NCBI GenBank assembly: GCA_963795425.1 | Contig: CAWCHO010000001.1 | Location: 339,086-403,085, forward strand | Source of the DNA: an uncultured Acidobacteriaceae bacterium | Lineage (GTDB): Bacteria > Acidobacteriota > Terriglobia > Bryobacterales > Bryobacteraceae | Direction of reading: 5' to 3' | Length of the DNA: 64,000 nt | Shown here: piece by piece, positions 36,524 through 44,332 of the stretch | How the letters are laid out: every line of letters begins with the position of its first letter | Numbering within the stretch: the stretch's first letter is position 1 | Notes under the pieces: model-generated | Seen by the model: only the letters and a program-made list of their open reading frames with translations | The model's database searches: none | Told to the model about the DNA's origin: nothing | Made by a program: the position numbers and the translations under genes

Positions 36524-37081
36524 ATGTTGAGGTTTGGGCCAAAGCAGCAGCGACTATCTGAAAACAGCGTAGCTGTCGCCGAAAGGGCGCAACGCGAAGT
36601 GAGCGCCTTATACGAAGAACGTGGCGAGGAGTTTTTGCACTACGCCATCGCACTGGGTCGAGATGAAGAATTGGCGCAAGATGCGCTGCAGGAATCGTTC
36701 ATGCGCTATTTCGTCGCTCTTTGCCGAGGCGATGAAATTGCGGCACCGCGCGCGTGGCTCTATCGAGTTCTGCATAACTATCTGCTCGATCGGATCAAAG
36801 AAGCGCGGCTGCGCGATCGATGCCACATTCGCCCGAGGCTGTTTTACGGGCCGGCGCGGGACGTCGAAAGCGAGTGTTTTCGGAGCGAGTTTTTGCGCCT
36901 GCTGCGAACTGCGCTCACACCGAGAGAATACGACTGCTTCCGCCTGCGCAGCGAAGGAATGCGGTACGAAGAAATCGCTGCGACGCTGGAGTTGACATCC
37001 GGAACGGTTGGGACAGTGGTGCACCGCGCGGTGCGGAAATTACGAAAGATCATGATTCCGGAGCGGAGCAAGGCATGCTGA
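36524..37081 (+). CDS. ECF-subfamily RNA polymerase sigma-70 factor
   Basis: Region 2 'DEELAQDALQESFMRYF...WLYRVLHN'. Region 4 'LTPREYDCFRLRSEGMRYEEIAATLELTSGTVGTVVHRAVRKLR'. Confidence 0.9.
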   Translation: MLRFGPKQQRLSENSVAVAERAQREVSALYEERGEEFLHYAIALGRDEELAQDALQESFMRYFVALCRGDEIAAPRAWLYRVLHNYLLDRIKEARLRDRCHIRPRLFYGPARDVESECFRSEFLRLLRTALTPREYDCFRLRSEGMRYEEIAATLELTSGTVGTVVHRAVRKLRKIMIPERSKAC

Positions 37082-37521
37082 GGGGTTTCAAGCACTGGGC
37101 GTGCCGCTACATCCCGGGACCGCATCCCAGCATGGAGAGCCTGGTCGTGCGGGCCGATGGCCGCCAATGCCCGGAACTCGAAGCGCACCTGGCAAAATGC
37201 CCGCGATGCAATGAAGACGCCGAGTTGCTTCGCGCCGCTGTTGAGGCGGGGCGTGACGATAAGCAGTCCGGCCATAAGCGGGCGAGCGCAGTGTTGAACG
37301 AGGTCTTCGGGAATCTGCAGACACAGATGCGCGCATGGTGTTGCTTGGGCGGACGACAACAGCACTGGATGACAGCGCTCGAATTTTATTTCGGCAAAGA
37401 GATATCCAGACAAGCTGGCGACTGCGGGGTACCGCCGGCGACCAAGCCTCTTTTTCATGCATTTCTCGGCAGAAAAGCGGCTGATGCCGTGGCGCGTCAA
37501 ATAGCAAGTGCGGCAATATGA
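37075..37521 (+). CDS. Zinc-finger (zf-HC2/ZAS-type) anti-sigma factor with no predicted TM segment
   Basis: ATG 37075 overlaps the sigma gene end by 7 nt. 'CPELEAHLAKCPRC' contains the H-x3-C-x2-C anti-sigma motif. The rest is hydrophilic. Confidence 0.7.
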   Translation: MLRGFKHWACRYIPGPHPSMESLVVRADGRQCPELEAHLAKCPRCNEDAELLRAAVEAGRDDKQSGHKRASAVLNEVFGNLQTQMRAWCCLGGRQQHWMTALEFYFGKEISRQAGDCGVPPATKPLFHAFLGRKAADAVARQIASAAI

Positions 37522-38438
37522 TGATGAAAATCCCATTTGTCATCTTCCTGAGCACGGCTGTTCTGCTGGCGGCGGGAGTTGCCGCCGACTTGGCCTGGGG
37601 GCAAACTGGTGATCCCATTTGGATCCGCTCTTTTTTTTCTTATCCGGGCGCCATGTTCCTCGTCGGGTGCAGTCTGGTGGGATGTTGGGCGAGTTTTAAG
37701 TGTTGGACCCATTTCTCCGCAGGCGATCTGTTGCGGCCTGCGTGGTTGCTCATCGGGTTGTCAGCCCTCTCGCAATTAATCGGCGGGATTGTCGCGCACG
37801 TGCTCGGAAACCACTCGCTCTTTAACCCATTACTGTTATTCGGGGGCGCGCGCAGGGATTCGTTGATACGCGCTTCGGCAGAATACGCACCCCTGTTCAG
37901 CCCCGTCTACATGGTGTTTCTCGTTCTCGGACTTCTATATGTGTTAAAAGCGTGCCGGCAGAACGGCATCGTGGGGCGATTTCGCAGTATCGACATCTTC
38001 CTCTTACTCGTCGTCGCCGCCTACACGGTCAACTTCTTTGCGAGCGTCGTTTTCGCCCCGCACCAGGGCGAAGCAAAGAGTAGCGTTCAAAACATAATCA
38101 GCTGGACGAGCGATCCACTGCTTTGCATTCTTCTGTTTCAGGCGATTCTCATACGCCGTTCGATCGCGAACATGGGATGGGGCCTTATCGCGCGTTGCTG
38201 GCTTTCCTTCACAGCTGCGATCTTTCTAACTTCGCTCGGCGATTTCGGCCTGTGGGCATGGGCGAACGGATATCTTCCTCGCGTGCTCGAAATCGGTTCC
38301 TGGTATGTTTGGTTCCTCGCAAGTGCCGCATATGCACTCGGGCCTTGCTATCAATTACAGGCGCTGCTTCATGCAACTTCGCGCCGCAGAACGGACGAAC
38401 TTGTCGAATCGAGTGAACCTCTGCACCAGGCTGTCTAG
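37518..38438 (+). CDS. Polytopic (about 7-8 TM) membrane protein of unknown function
   Basis: ATGA overlap with the anti-sigma stop. Hydrophobic helices run throughout, and I recognised no soluble domain. Confidence 0.7.
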   Translation: MMMKIPFVIFLSTAVLLAAGVAADLAWGQTGDPIWIRSFFSYPGAMFLVGCSLVGCWASFKCWTHFSAGDLLRPAWLLIGLSALSQLIGGIVAHVLGNHSLFNPLLLFGGARRDSLIRASAEYAPLFSPVYMVFLVLGLLYVLKACRQNGIVGRFRSIDIFLLLVVAAYTVNFFASVVFAPHQGEAKSSVQNIISWTSDPLLCILLFQAILIRRSIANMGWGLIARCWLSFTAAIFLTSLGDFGLWAWANGYLPRVLEIGSWYVWFLASAAYALGPCYQLQALLHATSRRRTDELVESSEPLHQAV

Positions 38439-38471
38439 CTCGCATCTCCTTTCTACACAGCGGAGCTCGCC

Positions 38472-40586
38472 GTGAACATCCGAAACGTCCTGCGATGGAT
38501 TGGCTGCAGCCTTTTTTTGCTTGCCGGGGCTAGTGGCGCCACTCAACCCTCACCGGGCAGTCTTTCCGATGTGCTCTACGGGGCCGCCTATTACCACGAG
38601 TACGAACCGTACGAGCGGCTCGACAAAGACGTGGAAATGATGAAAGACGCCGGATTGTCCGTCGTGCGCATGGGCGAATCCACCTGGAGCCTTTGGGAAC
38701 CGGAAGACGGCCATTTTCAGTACGCCTGGATGGATCGAGTTGTCGATGCGATGGCCGCCGCCGGCATCAAGGTGATCATGGGTACGCCTACCTATTCGAT
38801 CCCGACCTGGATGTACCACGCGCATCCCGAAATTCTCGCGCGACCCCTTGGCGGCGCACCCACTTTCTACGGCATGCGCCAAAACATGGATACGGATAAC
38901 CTGACGTTCCGGTCGTATGCTCAGCGCCTCATCAGAAATCTCGTCGAACATTACCGCGATAACTCGGCCGTCATCGGGTGGCAGATCGATAATGAAACCT
39001 CTTCTTACGGCGCATCGAACCCCGATGTTTTCGCCGGATTCGTGAATCATCTGCGAGAGAAGTTTGGCACCGTTCAGAATCTAAACAAAGCGTGGCTCCT
39101 CAACTATTGGGGTCAAGACGTGGACAAATGGGAAGACATGCCTTCACGCGACGACGCACAGAGCACGGGATACAAACTCGAGTGGTCTCGATGGCAGCAG
39201 ATGCGTGTGACAAATTACCTGGCGTGGCAGGCCGCGCTCGTTCGTGCATACAGACGTCCCGACCAATTCGTAATGCAGGACTTTGCGGGGGCCATGCATC
39301 GTGATGTGGACGAGTACGAAGTTTCGAAAACGCTCGATATCGCGGCGACGAATATCTATCACGGAACACAGGACAACATGGACGGACAGTGGCAGGCTGA
39401 GGCAGGCGACTACATTCGATCGCTCAAGCACAGCAACTATCTGGTCACTGAAACCAACGCGCAAACCACCGATTGGGACTCAGCTTTTCAATATCCGCCT
39501 TACGACGGGCAGCTTCGGCTAGACGTCTACACGCACCTTTCAAGCGGCGCAAATATCATTGAATACTGGCACTGGGGTTCGCTACATTCTGGACAAGAAA
39601 CCTACTGGAAAGGTGTCCTCTCACATGATCTGGAACCGAATCGCGCTTATGCCGAGGTTTCCCGGACGGCGCACGAGCTTCGGAAAATCAGTTCTCATTT
39701 AGTCAATCTGAAGATTAAGAATCAAGTAGCAATTCTCTATAGTGTCGATTCGGCAAATGCAATCGATTTCATGCCGTTCACCAGCAGTGGTCCACAATGG
39801 TCGGGCGCTAAACCCGTCGCCGACTACAGCAGCCTGATTCATCAATTCCACCGAACACTCTACAAACTGAACATTGGAGTTGACTTCGTTTTTCCCCAGG
39901 AACCAAACTTCTCCAATTACAAGTTGCTCATCGTACCCGCGCTTTACATAGCTGATGACGCACTACTCAAAAAAATCTCTGATTACGTAAAGAACGGCGG
40001 GCACGTGATCATGACATTCAAAAGCGGCTTCTGCAATGAAAACTCCATGGTGCGCTGGGTGCGGCAACCCGGTCCGCTGCGCCAGGCGGCGGGGTTCACT
40101 TATCAGGAATTCTCAAATCTCGAAAAGCCGCTGGCGCTGAAAGGCGATCCTTTTGAAGCCGCGGCCGAAAACAAAGTGATGTACTGGGCCGAATTCCTGC
40201 TTCCGGACCATGCGCAGGCTCTTGCTTACTATGATCACCCGTTTTTCGGGCGCTGGCCTGCCATGACGCGCAACCAGTATGGGGCTGGCACCCTCCTGTA
40301 TGAGGGCACGTTTCTTTCCGATACGTTGCAGAAACAGGTGTTGCTCGACGTATTGAAGTCTGCCGCAATGACGGGTCCAGATCAGGAGTTGCCCGCGCCG
40401 GTTCGCACAAAGCAGGGTGTGAATGGTCTCGGAAAACGTGTTCATTATTACCTGAACTATTCAAGTCAGGCGCAGATGTTCAATTACCCCTATCGCGAGG
40501 GAACCGATATTATGACGGGTCGCAGCATCCGCGCATCGGCAATCCACCTCTCGCCCTGGGACCTGATCATCGTAGAAGAACGGTAA
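38472..40586 (+). CDS. GH42 beta-galactosidase, exported
   Basis: 'GAAYYHEYEP..RLDKDVEMMKDAGLSVVRMGESTWSLWEPEDG', 'WQIDNE', 'VTETN'. This is the GH42 pattern, and about 700 aa is the right size. Confidence 0.9.
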   Translation: MNIRNVLRWIGCSLFLLAGASGATQPSPGSLSDVLYGAAYYHEYEPYERLDKDVEMMKDAGLSVVRMGESTWSLWEPEDGHFQYAWMDRVVDAMAAAGIKVIMGTPTYSIPTWMYHAHPEILARPLGGAPTFYGMRQNMDTDNLTFRSYAQRLIRNLVEHYRDNSAVIGWQIDNETSSYGASNPDVFAGFVNHLREKFGTVQNLNKAWLLNYWGQDVDKWEDMPSRDDAQSTGYKLEWSRWQQMRVTNYLAWQAALVRAYRRPDQFVMQDFAGAMHRDVDEYEVSKTLDIAATNIYHGTQDNMDGQWQAEAGDYIRSLKHSNYLVTETNAQTTDWDSAFQYPPYDGQLRLDVYTHLSSGANIIEYWHWGSLHSGQETYWKGVLSHDLEPNRAYAEVSRTAHELRKISSHLVNLKIKNQVAILYSVDSANAIDFMPFTSSGPQWSGAKPVADYSSLIHQFHRTLYKLNIGVDFVFPQEPNFSNYKLLIVPALYIADDALLKKISDYVKNGGHVIMTFKSGFCNENSMVRWVRQPGPLRQAAGFTYQEFSNLEKPLALKGDPFEAAAENKVMYWAEFLLPDHAQALAYYDHPFFGRWPAMTRNQYGAGTLLYEGTFLSDTLQKQVLLDVLKSAAMTGPDQELPAPVRTKQGVNGLGKRVHYYLNYSSQAQMFNYPYREGTDIMTGRSIRASAIHLSPWDLIIVEER

Positions 40587-40591
40587 TTCGT

Positions 40592-41635
40592 ATGAGTGCT
40601 ATCACTGAGCTTGCGGTCGCTTTGATCGGATTAGCCGCCATTGCTCCGGCACAATCCGTACCGGCGCGCAATATACCTGCGCGTAATATTCCGACGCCCA
40701 CGACCGTAAGTCCCGAAATGCAGAAGGCGATCGCGCCACCGCCTTGGGAGGGCAGCGACTCGAGCAGTACGAAGACGTATCAGCAATGGAAGGCGCTCAC
40801 AAAACAGGCGAATGAGCGTGACGAAGCGCATCTTCCCGAGATGCGACGTCAATTCCACGTGACGGTGGACGCGTTAACGATTGCGGGAGTCCGGGTATAC
40901 AGGGTCAAGCCCGACCGGGTCGCCGAAGAGAATCGGGGGCGGCTGCTCGTTCACGTGCACGGAGGGGCGTACGTCTTCTCCGGAGGTGAGGCGGCCACGC
41001 CCGAGGCGATTCTGATGGCCCACTACGGAAGGACAGAAGTTCTATCTGTCGACTATCGCATGCCTCCGGATTTTCCCTTTCCTGCGGCACTGGACGATAC
41101 TGTTGCGGTCTGGAAGGAGGTCATCAAGTCGCATCCTCCCAGAACTGTTGGCCTGTTTGGCACCTCAGCGGGCGGAGGTTTGGTTCTCGCCACCGTTCTC
41201 AAGTTGAAGGAGTTACAGTTGCCACTGCCGGGAGCCATTATGGCGGGCACGCCATGGTCGGATCTATCGAAGACAGGCGACACGTATTTCTCGAATGAGT
41301 TACTCGATAATGTGCTTGGCACTTATAACGGTGACCTTCCGGCAGAAGCGCGCCTCTACGCCGGCACGCACGACCTGAAAGAACCACTTCTCTCACCGGT
41401 CTATGGCGACGTAAGGGGCTTCCCACCCACTATCCTGATCTCCGGTACTCGCGATCTATTTCTCAGCAACACCGTGCGCGTACATCAGAAGCTTCTGCAG
41501 GCGGGAGTTCCCGCAGAGCTACTCGTTTTTGAAGGCCAATCCCACGCGCAGTATTTGATTGTTACCGATGCACCGGAATCCGCAGCAGCATTTGAAGAAG
41601 TTGCTTGGTTCTTCGACAGAAAGCTCGATAAATAG
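40592..41635 (+). CDS. Alpha/beta hydrolase (HSL/family IV esterase-like), exported
   Basis: 'HVHGGAY' (HGG oxyanion motif), 'GTSAGGG' nucleophile elbow, distal 'GTRDLF' and 'QSHAQ'. Confidence 0.85.
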   Translation: MSAITELAVALIGLAAIAPAQSVPARNIPARNIPTPTTVSPEMQKAIAPPPWEGSDSSSTKTYQQWKALTKQANERDEAHLPEMRRQFHVTVDALTIAGVRVYRVKPDRVAEENRGRLLVHVHGGAYVFSGGEAATPEAILMAHYGRTEVLSVDYRMPPDFPFPAALDDTVAVWKEVIKSHPPRTVGLFGTSAGGGLVLATVLKLKELQLPLPGAIMAGTPWSDLSKTGDTYFSNELLDNVLGTYNGDLPAEARLYAGTHDLKEPLLSPVYGDVRGFPPTILISGTRDLFLSNTVRVHQKLLQAGVPAELLVFEGQSHAQYLIVTDAPESAAAFEEVAWFFDRKLDK

Positions 41636-41665
41636 CCCCTGGTTCTACAGAGCCGTAAACAACCA

Positions 41666-42529
41666 TTGACTATCCTTTGTCGGCGAGAGTTCCTGCAATC
41701 CAGTACTGCCGTCTTGGCTGGCCTTCTCAGACCGGTGATGATTGCCGGTAATGGCATTAAGATCGGTTGCTGCGTCCCTCTCCGCGAATTACTCGCAGTT
41801 GTAGAAACCGGCTTCGATTACATAGAGCCCGGCGCTGCCGACATTGCCGAACTCACCCGGGAGCAGTTCGATCAAGTTAAAGAAAACGTCCTTGCATCCC
41901 CCATTCGCTGCGAAGCGTTCAATAGCTTTATCAGGCGTAGCGAGCTGGTGGTTGTTGGACCCAACGTCAATCTCGCTGCAGTCAAGGAATATGTCGATTT
42001 CACACTTGGAAGATGTCGGCAGCTTGGAGCAAGCATCGTCGTTTGGGGAAGTGGCGGCTCGCGCAACGTACCCGAAGGATTTCCTCGTGAGCGAGCATGG
42101 CATCAGATAACAACGTTCCTCCAGGCCATTGCGCCCATAGCTGCACGTCACCAGTTCGTCATCTCGCTCGAACCTCTGAATCACAAAGAAAGTAACATCT
42201 TAAACACTGGCGGCGAAGTATTGAAGATGGTGAATCAGGTAAACGTGCCCGAGGTGCGGATGATTATCGATTACTACCATCTCCGCGTGGAGAACGAGAA
42301 CCTAAGCATCTTCGAGGAGGCGCAGGGAAAAATAAACCACATCCACTTTGCGTGCCCGGAAGGACGTCTTTGGCCAAAATTCTCAGACAGCGATCCGTTC
42401 GACTCCGCGTTCTTTGACATGCTGCGGCGCTTGCGTTGGACAGGCGGCATATCCATTGAGGGGAATGGTTCGGTCGAAGCCGATGGACGGCAATCGTTGA
42501 CCTTTTTCCGCAACAAACTTGGGAGCTGA
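41666..42529 (+). CDS. Sugar-phosphate isomerase/epimerase (xylose-isomerase-like TIM barrel) with a TAT-like leader
   Basis: 'RREFLQSSTAVLAGL' leader. 'FDYIE', 'ISLEPLN' and 'IDYYH' are typical AP-endonuclease-2/XI-like barrel motifs. The start is a TTG. Confidence 0.8.
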   Translation: MTILCRREFLQSSTAVLAGLLRPVMIAGNGIKIGCCVPLRELLAVVETGFDYIEPGAADIAELTREQFDQVKENVLASPIRCEAFNSFIRRSELVVVGPNVNLAAVKEYVDFTLGRCRQLGASIVVWGSGGSRNVPEGFPRERAWHQITTFLQAIAPIAARHQFVISLEPLNHKESNILNTGGEVLKMVNQVNVPEVRMIIDYYHLRVENENLSIFEEAQGKINHIHFACPEGRLWPKFSDSDPFDSAFFDMLRRLRWTGGISIEGNGSVEADGRQSLTFFRNKLGS

Positions 42530-42582
42530 GGAAGCAACGCGCGGCCTCGTGGCTACGGTGTCTCCCCGACGATGAACTCTAT

Positions 42583-42632
42583 TGGTCGGGGCGGCAAGAT
42601 TCGAACTTGCGACCCCCTGCGCCCAAGGCAGT
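42583..42632 (-). pseudogene. 3' half of a tRNA-Pro(UGG) gene (anticodon arm to CCA); the 5' half is absent
   Basis: The reverse complement reads ACTGC|CTTGGGC|GCAGG|GGGTC|GCAAG|TTCGAAT|CTTGC|CGCCCCG|A|CCA. That gives an anticodon loop CU-UGG-GC, a canonical T-arm, G72/A73 as in bacterial tRNA-Pro, and an encoded CCA. Upstream there is no D-arm and no CGGGGCG acceptor strand. Confidence 0.6.
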
Positions 42633-42896
42633 TTCCGCGCGGAACGGACGACCCTGTACTTTCAAGTGCTTTAGCCTTCATTGAGATGCGGGGTGCGCGT
42701 TGAAACTTGTGGGTCCAAGTTGAAGTGCTAGGCTGTGGGCAGCTACAAAATTGACTACACCGGTGAGGTGACGATCGCCGCAAATCATTGCTTTGTCATG
42801 TAGCAGAAAGCGCCACCAGATAGTGCGGTGCCAACACATTCGAACCGTTTTGCACCGTGTTGCTTGCTGGAGCGTTTGGCTCCGGAGCAGAAGGTT

Positions 42897-42924
42897 GCTG
42901 GTTGGAGTCAAGCTGGGCGCGCCA
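42897..42924 (+). other. Degenerate tRNA-like T-arm/acceptor/CCA relic
   Basis: GCTGG|TTGGAGT|CAAGC|TGGGCGC|G|CCA. There is one stem mismatch and a C56-to-G change in the T-loop, and no convincing 5' partner. A second GGTTCGAAT motif lies on the minus strand at 42833-42849. Confidence 0.3.
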
Positions 42925-43099
42925 ACTACCTCGCATCGAAGGAGTTCTGTGATTCTCAATCACCCTGGATCGTTTCGCTTGTTGCAAACGGCCTAGTTAT
43001 CACATTCGACGCCGATCCTCACCTTTGTGTAGATCAGAGCAGGCAATCAATCCGCACCCGAGTGGGTTTCATGGGGAACGTGAGCGTCAGTAATGTAAC

Positions 43100-43618
43100 C
43101 TAAGCAGAAGGTGCGTCATACGGGGTTGGCGGAATTTCGAGCGCTCGTTCAGGAAGAGTTCGGTCGCCACCTTGGGGGCGTATCAACAGCGTTGACTCTA
43201 TTGCATGTCTAACTGCCTTCTCAGAAGGCAAAGGATCGTGGCCGAAGTGTTGCATCAGCCGATTGATCTTTCTGAAATCGTATATCTGGATGTGATTCTG
43301 CAGCAAAACGAAAAACTCAGAGGTATGCCAGTCGCGCTTTTTGCCTGACATCAAGGTGATCCAGTATTGGAGATAGGGAGCAAGCTCTTCAATGCGTAAC
43401 AGTTTGGCTTCGACAAATGCGGAAAGCCTGACAAGCATCTCCAAGAAACGATCAAAGCAGTCTCTGATGATTGCTTCATTCTTGGAATGGCCGTTTGCGT
43501 CTCGATGTGGTAACAATACCGATAGCAGTAGAGGTTCATCGATTCTTACGGGGACGAACTTCGTGCCCCCTTCGGCGGGAAAGTACAGCACTCGATCATT
43601 CCAATCGAGCATAGTCAT
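43100..43618 (-). CDS. Hypothetical protein, 172 aa, no family recognised
   Basis: Clean ORF in a locally more AT-rich stretch (by eye). The composition looks helical, with no signal peptide. An in-frame stop lies 33 nt upstream of the ATG. Confidence 0.5.
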   Translation of the reverse strand: MTMLDWNDRVLYFPAEGGTKFVPVRIDEPLLLSVLLPHRDANGHSKNEAIIRDCFDRFLEMLVRLSAFVEAKLLRIEELAPYLQYWITLMSGKKRDWHTSEFFVLLQNHIQIYDFRKINRLMQHFGHDPLPSEKAVRHAIESTLLIRPQGGDRTLPERALEIPPTPYDAPSA

Positions 43619-43836
43619 GGCGAGCTGGATTTCTGGCTCCGCCTCGAAATCTTAATCTGCGAAGCAATGAACTCTCGACGTTTCCATTTCTGGCCTAGCC
43701 GGTATTGATGGAGACCGATGCGAAAACCACGACTGCACCGAGAATCTTCGCCCATTCGGTGATCAGCTTCAAATCGACCTGGTTCCACATCGCATTTAGA
43801 TTATCGGCGACGAACCGTCGAACTTCCTCCGAAATG

Positions 43837-44076
43837 TCACTGCTCAAGTGTGCTTGCGGGGGCGGGCTTTGGCCAGGATAACAAGGTGTTCGAGCTGCAG
43901 GTATCGTCGAGCTCTGACTCTTCTTCGGTCGAGATTGTTCCGCTCTCGCTCTTCGCGACCAATTCCTCGACCCGCTGTGTCGCTTCGTGTGACGGACGGA
44001 AAGCTAGCAAGGCGTCTGGCGTGATGCCCGCGGCTAGGAAGTCAAGGAACTCGTCATACGACTTCGTGGTGCTCAT
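43837..44076 (-). pseudogene. Small helical protein gene with a probable 1-nt frameshift near its 3' end
   Basis: From MSTTKSYDEFLDF... to ...TEEESELD the frame is coherent. After about 43903-43910 the annotated frame gives 'DTCSSNTLLSWPKPAPAST'. The +2 frame gives the helix-like 'RYLQLEHLVILAKARPRKHT*', ending at 43844. Confidence 0.35.
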
Positions 44077-44332
44077 CTCTCGCTTCTCAATATACTCGTC
44101 ACTTTCTACTGTGCTACGAAAGGGCCTCAACAACTCGTAGCTCCTTGGCAACGAGATCTTATTTGACGTACACGACTCGCAAGAACATTGAAAATCCTGC
44201 CGACCTCTTCGGTGCTAGCATACTTGCGATTATCAACGACGGGATGCTTGGAAGGGTTGCCATGATTAACGCGTCCTCGGCGCGCCCGCCGACCAACAGT
44301 CGGCTGACTAGTTCTCGGAATCTCCCTCAGTG

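Noticed and set aside
36820-37521. 233-aa version of the anti-sigma ORF
   Set aside because: Its first roughly 85 codons are an alternative frame of the sigma-factor gene. The ATG at 37075 gives the expected short overlap and an N-terminal zinc-finger motif.
40655-40690. Tandem repeat encoding PARNIPARNIP in the esterase leader
   Set aside because: It is an imperfect two-copy duplication inside a signal/linker region. It is too short and degenerate to treat as a repeat feature.
42583-42680. Complete tRNA gene
   Set aside because: Upstream of the anticodon arm there is only the palindrome TTCCGCGCGGAA. There is no GG-containing D-loop and no CGGGGCG acceptor strand. I therefore call it a 3' half, not a tRNA.
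42860-42900. SRP (4.5S) RNA because of 'GCTCCGGAGCAGAAGG'
   Set aside because: This only superficially resembles the GGAA-tetraloop/AGCA domain IV motif. The conserved symmetric-loop sequences and flanking helix are absent.
42553-42987. ORF-track proteins 42553..42783, 42678..42959, 42796..42987 and 42828..43103
   Set aside because: They run through tRNA-derived DNA (for example the peptide 'LDSNQQPSA'), overlap each other, and show no protein-like features. I treat them as non-coding.
42583-42990. tmRNA (ssrA) on the minus strand ending at the tRNA-like CCA
   Set aside because: A tmRNA needs a G1-C72/G3:U70 alanine-type acceptor ending ...UCCACCA and a 5' GGGG...UUCGAC partner. Here the end is CGCCCCG-A-CCA, preceded by a proline anticodon hairpin. 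I found no matching 5' strand and no tag-peptide ORF.
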